From Cycas panzhihuaensis (taxonomy: Eukaryota > Plantae > Cycadophyta), in assembly GCA_023213395.1 (NCBI GenBank), contig CM041465.1, positions 14,694,001 to 14,758,000 on the forward strand: a DNA stretch of 64,000 nt, in the 5' to 3' direction. Position numbers and translations under genes: made by a program. Numbering within the stretch: position 1 is the first letter of the stretch; each line of letters starts with the position of its first letter. Under the pieces are notes generated by a model. That model saw only the letters and a program-made list of their open reading frames with translations, was not told where the DNA came from and did no database searches. Shown here one piece after another: positions 38,434-50,305 of this stretch.

Positions 38434-40777
38434 TGTACCAACCTTACAGAATTCAAAAGATCCCGCAAATTACTGACGATAAAGAATCCCTCTTCGAGGC
38501 GAGGTTCCCTCCACAAAGCTCCTCAAAAGGGCTGAAAAAATTGCAGTCCAAGACTTCTTCTTCGATGATCCAAAATGATTCCGCAAATCCTCCTTAAATA
38601 GGACTAGAAAGATAGTAATAGAAGTGGGTCAGAAAAGGGGGATAAACCTGCCCAAAACTAATACTAGAAGTCGGCCATAACTCCTCCAAAAACTAATAGG
38701 CCGAAAACTTTAAATAGTCACAACTTTTGATACAGATGTTGGAATTAAGTTTAAATGCGGACCATTGGAATCGCTGCTCGTAGAGCTTTGTTTTGAATGG
38801 CCATATGCTATACTTTTGACCATATTTTGGAATGCTACAATTTCCCCCCCCCCCCCCCTTAAAATAATACTTCGCCCTCAAAGTATTAAGAAATGCTTGT
38901 AGCTCAGTCTAATCTTCCAACCACCTCCTGCTAGATCCTGTAAGTCATGAAGATTTGCCTCGATCTTGTGTCTTCTTTGAAATTTGCAGGCAAGCATCTT
39001 GAATTTGCCGATGTTTGTTCTTGGGACCAGGTACCTGCGACGCCTTGTTCTGAATTAAAAGGATCCTGGGACTTGTGAGGTATCTCAAATGTCTTGTCTT
39101 GGTCTTGCCTTGCATTTGCACCTTTTGTTTCCAAATGGAATGGATTTTGGAAAAAGACATTAAGGCTTTGGGAACAAAATTGATTGTGAAGGTCAAGGAT
39201 TGATGATTGCCTATTGTAGGAAAAAGAAAAGGAGGACTTGTGAACTAAGATCAAGCATAGCTTTGAAGGTATAGAAAGAAAGGATAAAATTTGGAATATG
39301 TCTTGGATGGGGATGTGAGTTCGTATAAGTTTTGTTGAACCATAACTCTTTTTGGGAGAGAAAGATGGATGGGGGATTAGTGATAGAGGTTCTTTATGAA
39401 AAAAATATTTTAATAGGGTTGTAGAATTGGTATTCAAATAAAAGAAAAGATTTAATGGAAAAAGACAATATTGATAATATGGAATTGAAGAGGCATGGAA
39501 AAGATTAGACTGGGTTTTGTAAGAGATAATACTAAGAGGTGAAACCTGACAAACAGATTGAAGTTGAAGGGTATCCTGTTGATAATTGTTTATAGGGGTT
39601 GAAGGAGTAGGTGAGTAAAGAGGTGGACTAGGGTTACCGAGAGGAATTATAATTTGACCTATGAAAAAACTAAGGTTAGGAAAATTAGGAGCATGGCTAA
39701 CTATAGGTTGAAGAGAGAAGGGCTCTTGTATTGCTATTGAACTAGGGAAAGAGAGAGGGCATACAAAACTACCGAACAAAATGTGCATGTGCAATGCAAG
39801 ATCAATGGGTACCTTGCATGAGATTTGTTGAGAAAAATCTGCTTGCTCTTCATTGTCTTTATACTGCTCTTGTGTAACTTCACCTTGGATTTCCTCTCTG
39901 ATATTGAAATGAGACTCTTATGTTGCTTGTGCATGCTCCAAGTCTTCTACGTTGTCATATTGTTTTCTCTGGGCTAAATCTCGTTCTAGCACTTGCAAAA
40001 CCTCTAGGATCTCCTCATCAATAATGTCTTCTTCTTGCACTTCCTCATCTGCTTGAACCACACCTTGCTTATGTTCTTTAAAAGTTGCGGTAGCCGCCTC
40101 TGAAAATTGGTACCATAGAAAAGGTTCTTTAGCCCAATTAATGAACCACTCATAAGCTCGTCCATTCAATATCATTTCTAATAATGGTCCATATTCTTCC
40201 ATTTCTGTATCAGATGTAAACTCAAAATCTTCTATCCATATTTTCATGCCCTCATAATCCTCCAAATTAAAAAAGTCTGTCTCCATTTTTTTCTCAGGCT
40301 TTATATGTTCCACGTGTTCTTCTCATGTTCTACTTTGCCCTTTCCCTTCGAAACGAAGCTCTGATACCACTTGTAGCAACCTTACAGAATTCAAAAGATC
40401 CCGCATAAATTCGACGATAAAGAATCCCTCTTCGAGACGAGGTTCCCTCCACAAAGCTCCTCAAAAGGGCCGAAAATACTACAGTCCAAGACTTCTTCTT
40501 CGATGATCCAAAATGATTCCATAAATCCTCCTTAAATAGACGGCCGAAAGATAGTAATAGAAGTCGGTCAGAAAAGGGGGATAAGCCTGCCCAAAACTAA
40601 TACTAGAAGTCGGCCATAACTCCTCCAAAAACTAATAGGCTGAAAACGTTAAATAGTCATAACTTTTGATACAGATGTCGGAATTAAGTTTCGTCTGGAC
40701 CGTTGGAATCGTCATTCAGAGAGCTTTGTTTTGAATGGTCATATGATATACTTTTGACCATATTTTGGAATGCTACA
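38434..40777 (-). mobile_element. Non-autonomous chromovirus-derived LTR element X with a gag-like remnant
   Basis: 406-bp LTRs 38434-38839 and 40372-40777. Reverse PBS 40358-40369; C-run PPT 38840-38860. IWIEDFE..LNGRAYEWF..W.QF gag-like ORF 39918-40313. Confidence 0.92.
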
Positions 40778-43700
40778 CTAGGACTCTAGTCCAATGGCAT
40801 AATAGCTCCCAGGTAATCTCCCTCCCAGTTATGGGTACTCATGGGCCTCCGTAGCCTGACTCACATGCCCCTTAATTTGTTCCACGCTCGTTCAGTCGCA
40901 TCTTCCCCATTTTCTCTCCACTTTATCTATCACTTGATTCATCCAAAGTAGTTTGTTGGGGAGTTTTTGTGGATGAATGCATCCTATTGCTTGTACATTA
41001 CGAGATTTCCCTCTGTATCTCATTAGGGTTCATTGCCTAATCTTTGTCCATACTCTGACACCTTGATTGTCGTCATCCTCACGAGGTTTTGACCCAGTTT
41101 GATGATTTTATCATGCATTTTTGCCAGTTGTTAGTGTATGGGATGGCCCGAGACTAATGTACAGACCTCTAGGGGGAGCTCCAGGCCTCTGCCAGGGAGT
41201 TCTAACCTATTTTTTATCAATACTTACCATTTTCTATTATTTTAATGATTTTGTTGTTGCCCTGCATTGAATCTGTCGATTCCGCTCTAATAGTTGTGCC
41301 CCACTAATATATTCATGAGACTGTGAATATATTAGCACTGTCATGAATATTTTCGTGGGGTGGTATTGCTCTGATTAAGCTACGGCGACTAATTCTTGCA
41401 TTAATTGCTAGGCGGCACATGATCTCGCCTCGAGACCAGCCCAGATCAGGCCCCAACAGTCCCAAGGCCTCACCAAACCAACAAAAACCCAAATTTAAAC
41501 TCATTAGGGATCTCTCCAAGCATTCTATAATCATCCATTCTCAAGTTTTTACACAAAAAGTCTCTTCTACTCTCTCCAACACATATTACTCTACAGAATT
41601 CACATGTTTTCTCTGTAGCAAGACAAGAAAACAGCACAAGAGCAACTGAGGGAAAGGAAGACAAAGCCAAGGCAAGCTAGGAGGATTCTTCAAGCAATCA
41701 AACAGCCAAGGAATCCCTCTTTTCTTCCACAAAATGCAAGTTTCTTCTTCCCAAAAGTTGCTCTCTTCACATGAAAGTTGTCAAGGTTATATGAAAAATC
41801 TATTTTTCTCGAGTTTTCCTTGTTAGAACCCCTTCATTTGATGGTTTCATCTTGTTTTTTTTATATGTGCAATCCTAGATTCATGATTTAAATCGATTTC
41901 ATTTTAGTTTAGAGTCATTTTCACCAAAGCAAGGAGGCAACACCTCCATTTTGCTACCCAACTTTTTCCTCATAGACTAAATCTGCTAGCCTACAAAAGT
42001 AGGGAGGCCAAACCAAGCCAAGGGAGCTTGTGAGGAGGTTCATAGGCTGGAGTTCTGACTCCTAAAGCCACCTTCCACTCGTGTAATCCCCTCCCCCCTA
42101 CTTTGAGGCATCTTTCCTTATGTTTCCATCACTAGTATTGGATTTTGTTCATTGTGAGGCTTATACAAACATCCATTGACCTTGTACTCATTTGCAACAC
42201 CTAGCCAAGTGAGCTACCAATAGCTCATAGGGATTCACCACCATATAGAGGAGCTTGCCATCCTAAGGCAACACCCCTTACCACCCTCCTTTTACATTTG
42301 TTCTGATTGTTGCACACAAAAAAATAGTAAACAAGAAACATACAACATTTATTTCTTCTTGGCTTAGAAATAGACACACTAACTTTGTTTTATCAAGATA
42401 CACACATATATACATACATACCTTGCTTGTGGGAGGCATTGTTTCTCTTGTGTTATAGGTTGGAGACCTTCTTTGCAAACCAATGCAACATATTACAAAA
42501 GGTAATATTTCATTTGTTTTGAGTTCGTTTCCATTTCTTTTTCTCATTATTTCATAATTGGGGAAGGTAAGTCCCACTTGGAGGTTAGGGGAAGGTAAGG
42601 AAGCCCCTCCCTCCAACTCTGACAACTCTTGTGGAAATCAATGAAAGCAAAGACATCGGCAACTTGTGGAAGCGCATTGCAAGGAGCATCAACAAGAGGC
42701 ACAACAACAACAGCATCGAATTTTGTAATTGGGTGTACTCCTCTTGACTCATTCTTCCTCTCCTCTTTGTTTCCCTCGTTCTACCTTTGGTTTCACATGT
42801 TAAAGAAAAAGGAATTAAAAGTCTTCTTTGTTGAGTAGTTTCTTTGATTGCATGTTGCAAAGGGAAGAGGGGAAAGGAGCATATCATTTGCATTCATTCT
42901 AGGAATACTTGATAGATCCCTAATCATCCAAAGGAAGTTAATCCTCCTCCTATCGAAGAGGAGGCATATTCACACAAAGTAATGTCCTACACTACACGTT
43001 TCCTTTCCCTCTTTTCACATTTTAGCCTCATTGCATTCACTTGAAGGTAAAAGAGAGCAAGGGGGTGAAAAGGGGAAAAGTTGCATATTTTCTTATATAC
43101 TCATTTTAGACTTTTTGCATATTTCATTTCCTTTTTGCAACAACCATTTTTGCATAAGACTAAAGCTCTACCTCGAACACACAAAAGAGGCCAAACTACA
43201 TCCTAACAACATAGAAATCATAAACTTAAAAGACCATTTTGTTCTTTTTTGGAAACCCAAGAAGAGCCTGCAACCTAGTTGCCATAAGATATCCACGACT
43301 TTCCTCCGCTCTTCTTTCTTCATACTCCCACACCATCCTGCTCTTCTTGTTACCAAAGAAAAGTTTGCAACTTAGTTATTTTTGGATAGTTGTGGCATTG
43401 TCTCCTCCTTATGATCTCAACACTCAAAACCCTACCCCTTTGACGATAAACTCCTAAACTCCGAGTAGACATGTTAGAGCCTTCGCTCATTTTGTCGTTA
43501 CCTTGCTCCTTCTTCGCTTGTCTTCTTTTCCGAAAGGAGGTTTAGCCCCTCTTCTCTCCCTCTAAGGATAGGAGAGCCCTACTTAGGCTATTCGGTAGCC
43601 TGAAGATGCCTCCTTGCCCTATTCGAATTGAGAGAGATATTTAGAGGAAAAGAGAAGGATAACACGTGAGTTGCAGGTCCCCAAACATACATTTCGACTT

Positions 43701-43821
43701 CCGAACACCATTTGTGGGTAATTTATCTTTCTTCGAGATCTCTAGACCCTTTTCGTAACCTTAGTATTTGTCTAGAGTGCTTCATCCTTAGTGACTCCCC
43801 CATAGGTACGCTTCCACTATC

Positions 43822-44385
43822 CGCAAGTAAATAAGCAAGTGGAGAGTATAAATTAAATTTTAAAATTGGCATTATCTAAAATTTGTAATCAACGACGAAC
43901 AAACTGGGCAAAACATCTTCATTTTATACTACGAGCCGATAGGACAACAATAAAAAGACCCCATAAGCAAACCTCATTTCAGTTGGTCTATGGGTTAGAG
44001 GTCGTACTTCCTCTTAAATTTCAGATAGAAAGTTTGCGAATAACATCTCAACTACGGCTATCAGAAGATGATTCACGGGACCAACAATTTTTAGATTTAA
44101 TAAAATTAGATAAAAAACGGACAAGGGCTTTGTGGGAATTAAAAGTGGAAAAGAAGAGACAGAAAGCTTGGCATGATCGACATCTTAAAGTCTCGCAATT
44201 TTAACAAGGAGATCTCGTACTTCTGTATGATAGTAAATTTCGCATAAAGCTAGGGAAACTAAAACTACGATGGCTCGGTCCATATAAGGTGAACGAAATT
44301 CGGCCTAATATAACAGTGCAACTCTAACAACTCAATGGAACACTGCTTGATAAACCAGTCAATGGAAATCGACTGAAATGATATA
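43822..44385 (+). pseudogene. pol: Athila-like integrase 3' part
   Basis: RTNWAKHL..RTTIK..TSFQLVYGLEVVLP..RQKAWHDRHLK..GPY. Confidence 0.9.
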
Positions 44386-44472
44386 TAATAAGTTGAAAAA
44401 AAAAAAGTACCAGAAACCATGGGAGCAGATTTTCCTCAATGATTTCAAATTATAGAATTTTAAAGAAATGGT

Positions 44473-44702
44473 CAAGGAAGCAGAACGGTTGCAACATCGG
44501 ATGCAAAAGGTTGCAACCAAGAAAGCAGAATGGTTGCAACCTGGGATACAAAAGGTTACAACCAAGGAAGCAAAGTGGTTACAACCCAGGACACAGAAGG
44601 TTACAACCAAGGAAGCAGAATGGTTGCAACGTAGGACGCAAAAGATTGCAACCAAGGAAGTAAAGTGACTACAACCCAGGACGTAGAAAGGTGATTATAA
44701 CC
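44473..44702 (+). repeat. 45-bp tandem array (~5 units) made of GGTTRCAACC palindromic half-units
   Basis: Units of the form CAAGGAAGCAGAATGGTTGCAACC.GGGATACAAAAGGTTACAAC. Confidence 0.92.
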
Positions 44703-44749
44703 ATAATTTGGAATGATAGTGGTTTTGCATGGTTGATAGGTTACAAGGC

Positions 44750-46500
44750 AACGAGGTTGGAAAGCGAAAAATAACCAGGAAACTCTGAAAGTAATTACAA
44801 GAAGATCAGAATGAAGAATACTGGGGATATTCAGATTAACTTTCGAGAGATAGATGATGAAAGAATTAGAAACGATTAGTGTAATATGCCAAAAGAGGAT
44901 GTGAGAAAAGTAAACTTGACAAGGGCAAGGTTTGCACAATATGTGCAAATAGCAGTGTTTCTAGGAGCTACGGAATTTATAACTGTAATGGTTCAAATGG
45001 TGGCCTATCAACATGATCTTCTAAACACCTTAGCAAAAGTTATTGCACGAGTCTCAAGGTTATTCAATTCAGGCGATGAGGTGTCCAGGGATAAGAGAAT
45101 CCCACAGGAACAAACGACAAAGCAATTAGATGCACAAATATCATATATTTCTACATCTGGTATTCATATCACCAGCATTGTGGATGACCTTAGGCGTTGG
45201 ATAGCTCATTTTCGTTTTACCCGAGTGATTTTAAGCCAGAAAAATCTGTGTACCTACAGAGATAAGATCTGCGCTTCTATGAGTGGCGAAGGGGGATAAG
45301 TTTAGGAAATCTCACAAAAAAGTTGCATAACATCAAAGCCGACCCACAATCTATATTTTTTTATCATCAGAGTTTGTTTCAAGGATTGTTGTATTCATAA
45401 TGCCCCATATTAGAATTACTTGCGGCAGAACAAGGACAATCGGTTATGACTGAATGGATCAACTACTTTAGAAGGCAAGAAAAAATTTGATGTGGTGAAA
45501 TTCAAGATAAAGTGAAGGACCATTTCCTAAGAAAAAGTCAACAGGGTAACCTTCAATTTACACCACCATAGGGAAAAAAGGGGAAACAGCAACAAGAAGA
45601 GGCAACCTCATCAATCGATGAAGATACACAAGAGAAGCTGAAGGAGAATGTTGAACAGATGGCTAAAGAGGAAAGAAACAAAAAAGATGAGATTAGAAGA
45701 GGAAAGCAAAAGATAGAAGAAGAGGGAGTGTCGATTAAGAAGGACGTTAAGGAAGAAGTACACATTGATCAATCAGCCCCGCCGCTTGTGATGTCTACAA
45801 TGACAGAAAAAGAGAGAAAAGGAAAAAAGAAAAAAGGTCGCAAAAAAAGCCAAGTAAGAAATAATTAAAATTTTGAATAGTCAATTGGCTGAGGTGGATT
45901 TCAATTTCAGTAATGCGGAATTAGCAGAGAAAGGAATCGATCCAATAGACTATTAGCCACATAATGTGGCACATTGGAAGGTTTCATTCCTAGCTAAAGT
46001 TATTCGACAACTGGTAAGTGAACTTGAAGCTCAAAGCAAAAGGCCACCAGTAGACTTGTAGTTGATTCAAAAGGCAGAGGATTAGTTGATCGCTTGCAAA
46101 GCAAAGCTGGAATTCTTGATTAAATTTATTTTGCATTGGGTTGGGGATATATCTAGAGTTGATCATTTGGTACCAATCTTCAATGCTATGATTACCGAGC
46201 AAATCCCACAGGGATTGGAAAAGGTAATACGTAAGTTGGGAGCCTAGATTATGCAAACACGAGAAGATGTCGAATACACCAACCATTTTTAGTCAATGAT
46301 TTCTTCATTAAGAAGAAATTTGTTGTCTATGGAAACAAGGAAGAGCAAACTGGAGAAGAAAATGGAACAACTACACTCAAAGGAGAAGCCAACAATGGCC
46401 CACCTACAAGTGTTGCACAATGTTGTAATCCTTTATAACTATTACAAGAAGTAAGAAGTAGGGCATAAATCTACCTTATACTGTTTATCGACCAGGCCTG
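44750..46500 (+). pseudogene. Extra 3' ORF of the Athila-like element, unknown function (limits approximate)
   Basis: Fragmented sense-strand ORFs 44886-45299 and 45659-45868 (E/K-rich) between integrase and the PPT. Confidence 0.5.
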
Positions 46501-49500
46501 CAATAGATTCACACCGAAATAGCCAAAATCAGGAAGGAACGAGAGGGTTAATTTTTTTTTTGTGACATTTTAATTTTAAAATTTTGTTGCTTACGAGTGG
46601 AAATACTCGTAAGTTTTGTGGCGAGAGAAGTGTGTGCAAGCAAATTAGTTGTAACCAGATTAATGTAATTCATCTGATAAAGGAACAGTTGCAACCAATT
46701 TTAGTTTGCGGTTACAAAAGACAAAGAATAAATGTAAGGTGGCATGTGGAAAACAACTACTTTGTATAGATTATACGCACCCGCGTATCTTGTACTTGCT
46801 ATATATTGTTCCAGAGACTGTGTACTGCTTCGGGTTGTCTCTAGTTGTGAGAGGACCAGAGCAACTCATCATAATGAAATGATTATGGTTTTTGCCCCAT
46901 GGAATCATTGTATTCAGAATACTTAATTGAACGATTGTTTTCACTGTTGCCTCTTGTGCCTACTTATGTGTGTCGATAGGTAGAAGCACACACTAACTAC
47001 ATGTTGGAATCTAACTTTTTTATAATATTGCTAGGAGGCATAGATGTTGCCTTCAAGATTTAATGGCTCTAAAAACTATGAACCTAGAATATACATCACC
47101 TTAAAAAAATTATGCAGCTCACACGAGATAGATCTAAGCATGCTCTACAAGTGATAAGGGCACTAACAACCTACAATTTATCACCAATGAAACAACACAT
47201 TGGATTTATGCTACATGCTTACAAGAATCCACACTAATAAGAATGGAAGCAAGCAAATAGACAAACCAAAAAAGCTTTGAGGGTAAAGCTTTTAAGGAAA
47301 GAGGGTATGTCATGATCCTTATTAGAACATATTTTGGCCATAATATTAGGTATTGTGTATGATCTATAAATAGGGCAAGAGGGCAAATATATAGTTTTGA
47401 TTATTACTTGCATATTTTCGTAGAAAGGCTTTGTCCTTTACTGTGCTATCGAAAATAAGGTCTCCATTCTTTTACACTGAGAGATAAGGTCACCACCAAT
47501 CGTCTCTAATTCATTATTTATTATTATTTTTCTTAGTTCCCATTGCTTGTTATTTTTGTAATGTCTTGAAACATTACATAAACCTATAGCAACACTATAG
47601 CAATTAGTCAACTTGTAAGTGTTAAGTTTTAGTGCAACACTTAAAATGCTCAATATTAATAGTTGACCAATATACAAGTAATACCCCATGTAATGATTAG
47701 GTATCAAATATTAATTGAATATACCTAAATACACTTGTGTAGGAGAAAGGGTTATGATGGTCTAAAGTTAGGAGGATTGATAAATTATAAATGAATAGAC
47801 AAGGGCTAGAGTTTTGCTAACCATTGGGGAAAATAATGTGATGAGTAATCTTTTGCATATGGCTTTGTCAACATAACTAGCAATAGAAGATGAGTCAATG
47901 AAGGATAAGCATAAAATTAATCATATGGGAAAAATAAAATTTGAATTATTACAATGGTCGAATTCAAAGGACCCATTGTATTGATGTGGTATTTGTTGAC
48001 CTTGAAGTGGTGGACTTGGATGAATGCTTTATCAAGAATATTTTATGAATAGAAAAACAATAAATCGTGCATTACTTAAAAGTAAACAAGCACAACATTT
48101 TCAATCTCCGTCTAAACATTTAGGTGTTTTTGTTTATGGAAGTATTGGTAATTCACTCAAAAGGGTTTGTTCAAAATGTGTCTACCTAACTAGTGACAAG
48201 CAAACCTAAGACTCTAATCTAACATCCTTACTAGTGGTTGGGATCAAATGCACTACAAATGTATTATTATCTAATTTGCAAAACATTATTTCTACAAAGT
48301 TTTTCCTTTTTTTGATGGTTAGCATACAACTTTCTTTATCTTAAACACTTGCTAAACCTTATATTAATAACCAAGTTGTTTTTTACTACATAATTCATAG
48401 TTTTTCAATATGAAAAAGTCCACAGTTGTGGTTACAACAATCTTTGCAACGTGATGGAGAGAAATGATTACATATTTCTTTGATGAGACAACTAAAATCT
48501 TAAAACCTTCTCTCTTTTTATTACTTTCATTTCCAATATGGCCACAAAAAGGCCATATTCCTTTCTAAGCATTTATCCTACTAGTGGGTGTCATAATGAT
48601 AGCCAATAGTTGCTAGGACTCAACACTATGAAGCTTCATCAAGACATAATTAAAATATGGGTCAATTGTGACCATAGGAAGGTCATGTTAGTATGCATTT
48701 ACTTTAAAAAATTAGCATCTTAATACTTATCAAACTCTCACATTACACAATTTCCAAAAGACATAACTTTTATATTGTCACAAGCAAGGCACACACTAAA
48801 AAAACAAATGAATGCTTGTATGAGTTTTTAAGCAGTTCAACGTACCCTTATAAAGGTTATGTCCTTTAGAAAGAACAAAATTAAACCATTCTTTAGGCAC
48901 TAGAATTAATTAAAAAATTAATAACCAAATAAATAAATAATAAAAGAAAACGCCTCCTACACCATACCATTAATTCATATACTTCACTTCGTTGGCAATT
49001 AAGCCATTGAACCCAAAATACATGGCTTCATGCATTTCAACATACATATATTGCGTGATTGAACAGCATACAAGGTGCGTCTCGTACGATAAATTTATAA
49101 GAGAGTACGTTTTCGAAGCTGGCATGCGAATACATTTCTATCACGTTGGAAGAACTTTGCATGATGGTTTCGCACTTGATGCTTATCGGTGACAATTCAC
49201 GGAGATATTCGTAGGTCTACACAACCATCGTACATAAAAATTGGAACAACGAACAACTTCCGTGGGCTTTATGCGCAATGAACGGGATTGTTGGTAACAT
49301 AGCATTTCAGCCAGAATCTCGATGATTACCTTCAGACCTGGCAGTCTTCAATGTAACAGCAAAAGTAATGCATACTAAGTCCGCGCATTTGGATTCCTTA
49401 ATCATTCAAAGTCTGGCATCTCTCAAGAGGGAGCCGAGGCATTCACTTCCTGAGTCCAAGGATCAGTTGTACATTTCCATCACAGATGCCAGTTGTTCCG

Positions 49501-49841
49501 TTCATGTCATAGGGAAAAGATAAAGAGCATAACGTGGAGTCCCATTCAAATTTGGGAGCTTTAGTTTTATTAGAAGTTCTATGGGAGTTAAAAAGTATAT
49601 TAGTAATAGCAGGTGTTCAAGAAGATCGTAGGAGGACCTTATTTAACGTTGTTGGCATCTGTTGGCCCTGCTGATGTAGCTTTTCGGTCTCTATCCATAA
49701 AAACCAAGTCTCCAAAATATATAAATAAAAAGCAATGGTAAGCTTGAATATTGCTTTGTAAAACACTAGCAACAAAACAAGACAGTTCTGTGATAAGCGT
49801 GCATGAATAAAAGCAAATGCAATCATTAACAGCGTAAAGAA

Positions 49842-49983
49842 AAGTAGAACGTGAACAAAAGCAAATTATTTGTTAAAGAGCTAGTTTAGAAGACTGAATG
49901 ACCAAGAGAAGTAGAACATGAACAAAAGCAAGTTATTTGTTAAAAACCAACTTAAGAATACTTATAAGATTGAATGACCAAGA
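49842..49983. repeat. ~70-bp imperfect tandem duplication
   Basis: AAGTAGAAC.TGAACAAAAGCAA.TTATTTGTTAAA...TGAATGACCAAGA occurs twice. Confidence 0.8.
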
Positions 49984-50305
49984 CACTGTGGCCTCAGCAA
50001 TCATTTGGACTGCAAAGATTGCCAATAATATCATATATGAACCCTAGTAGTCTCCATGGCCTATGAATCTATTTATCACTTCAAATATCTATAGCTTTTC
50101 AAAAGAATGCCTCTGCTTGCTTTTTGAAGGATTTATTTACCAGCGATGAAGATTTCAAACACATAATACTACTAAGAAATTATCATTTCAAGCCTGTCAT
50201 ACTTGAAAATTTCTCAATATCAAAGTCTGCAATCACAACCTAATTTATTTATGATGGCTAAAATTCCTACAGAATTAACAATTTGACATCAATAACCTTC
50301 GAAGT

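Larger units (their letters stand above)
30723..43816 (+). mobile_element. Non-autonomous Ogre/Tat-like element with ~3.2-kb LTRs and a PMD gene, inserted in the Athila integrase
   Basis: 30723-33944 repeats as 37910-38088 + 40783-43816. PPT AAGGGGGCAA before 37910. TSD CTATC 30718-30722 / 43817-43821; removing the element restores integrase SSPYYPQVNKQVE. Confidence 0.9.
24409..46992 (+). mobile_element. Athila-like (non-chromovirus) Ty3/Gypsy retrotransposon, full length, decayed, with nested insertions
   Basis: LTRs 24409-24786 and 46631-46992. TSD CTAAC 24404-24408 / 46993-46997. Order gag-PR-RT-RH-INT. DDFPDAKLF linker and LKLRWLGPY..VNGNRLK integrase end. Confidence 0.93.
23771..47921 (+). 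repeat. Copy 2 of a local tandem duplication (chromovirus remnant, LTR 47308-47578 and flank), split by the Athila-like insertion
   Basis: 23786-24408 matches 17560-17722 plus 18230-18690; 46998-47921 matches 18690-19179 plus 23320-23757. Confidence 0.85.

Noticed and set aside
44473-44702. CRISPR-like array
   Set aside because: The intervening sequences are themselves repeated, there are no cas genes, and it lies inside a eukaryotic retrotransposon.
49413-49492. miRNA precursor (CTGGCATCT/AGATGCCAG)
   Set aside because: Pairing is limited to 9 bp and no known mature miRNA was recognised.
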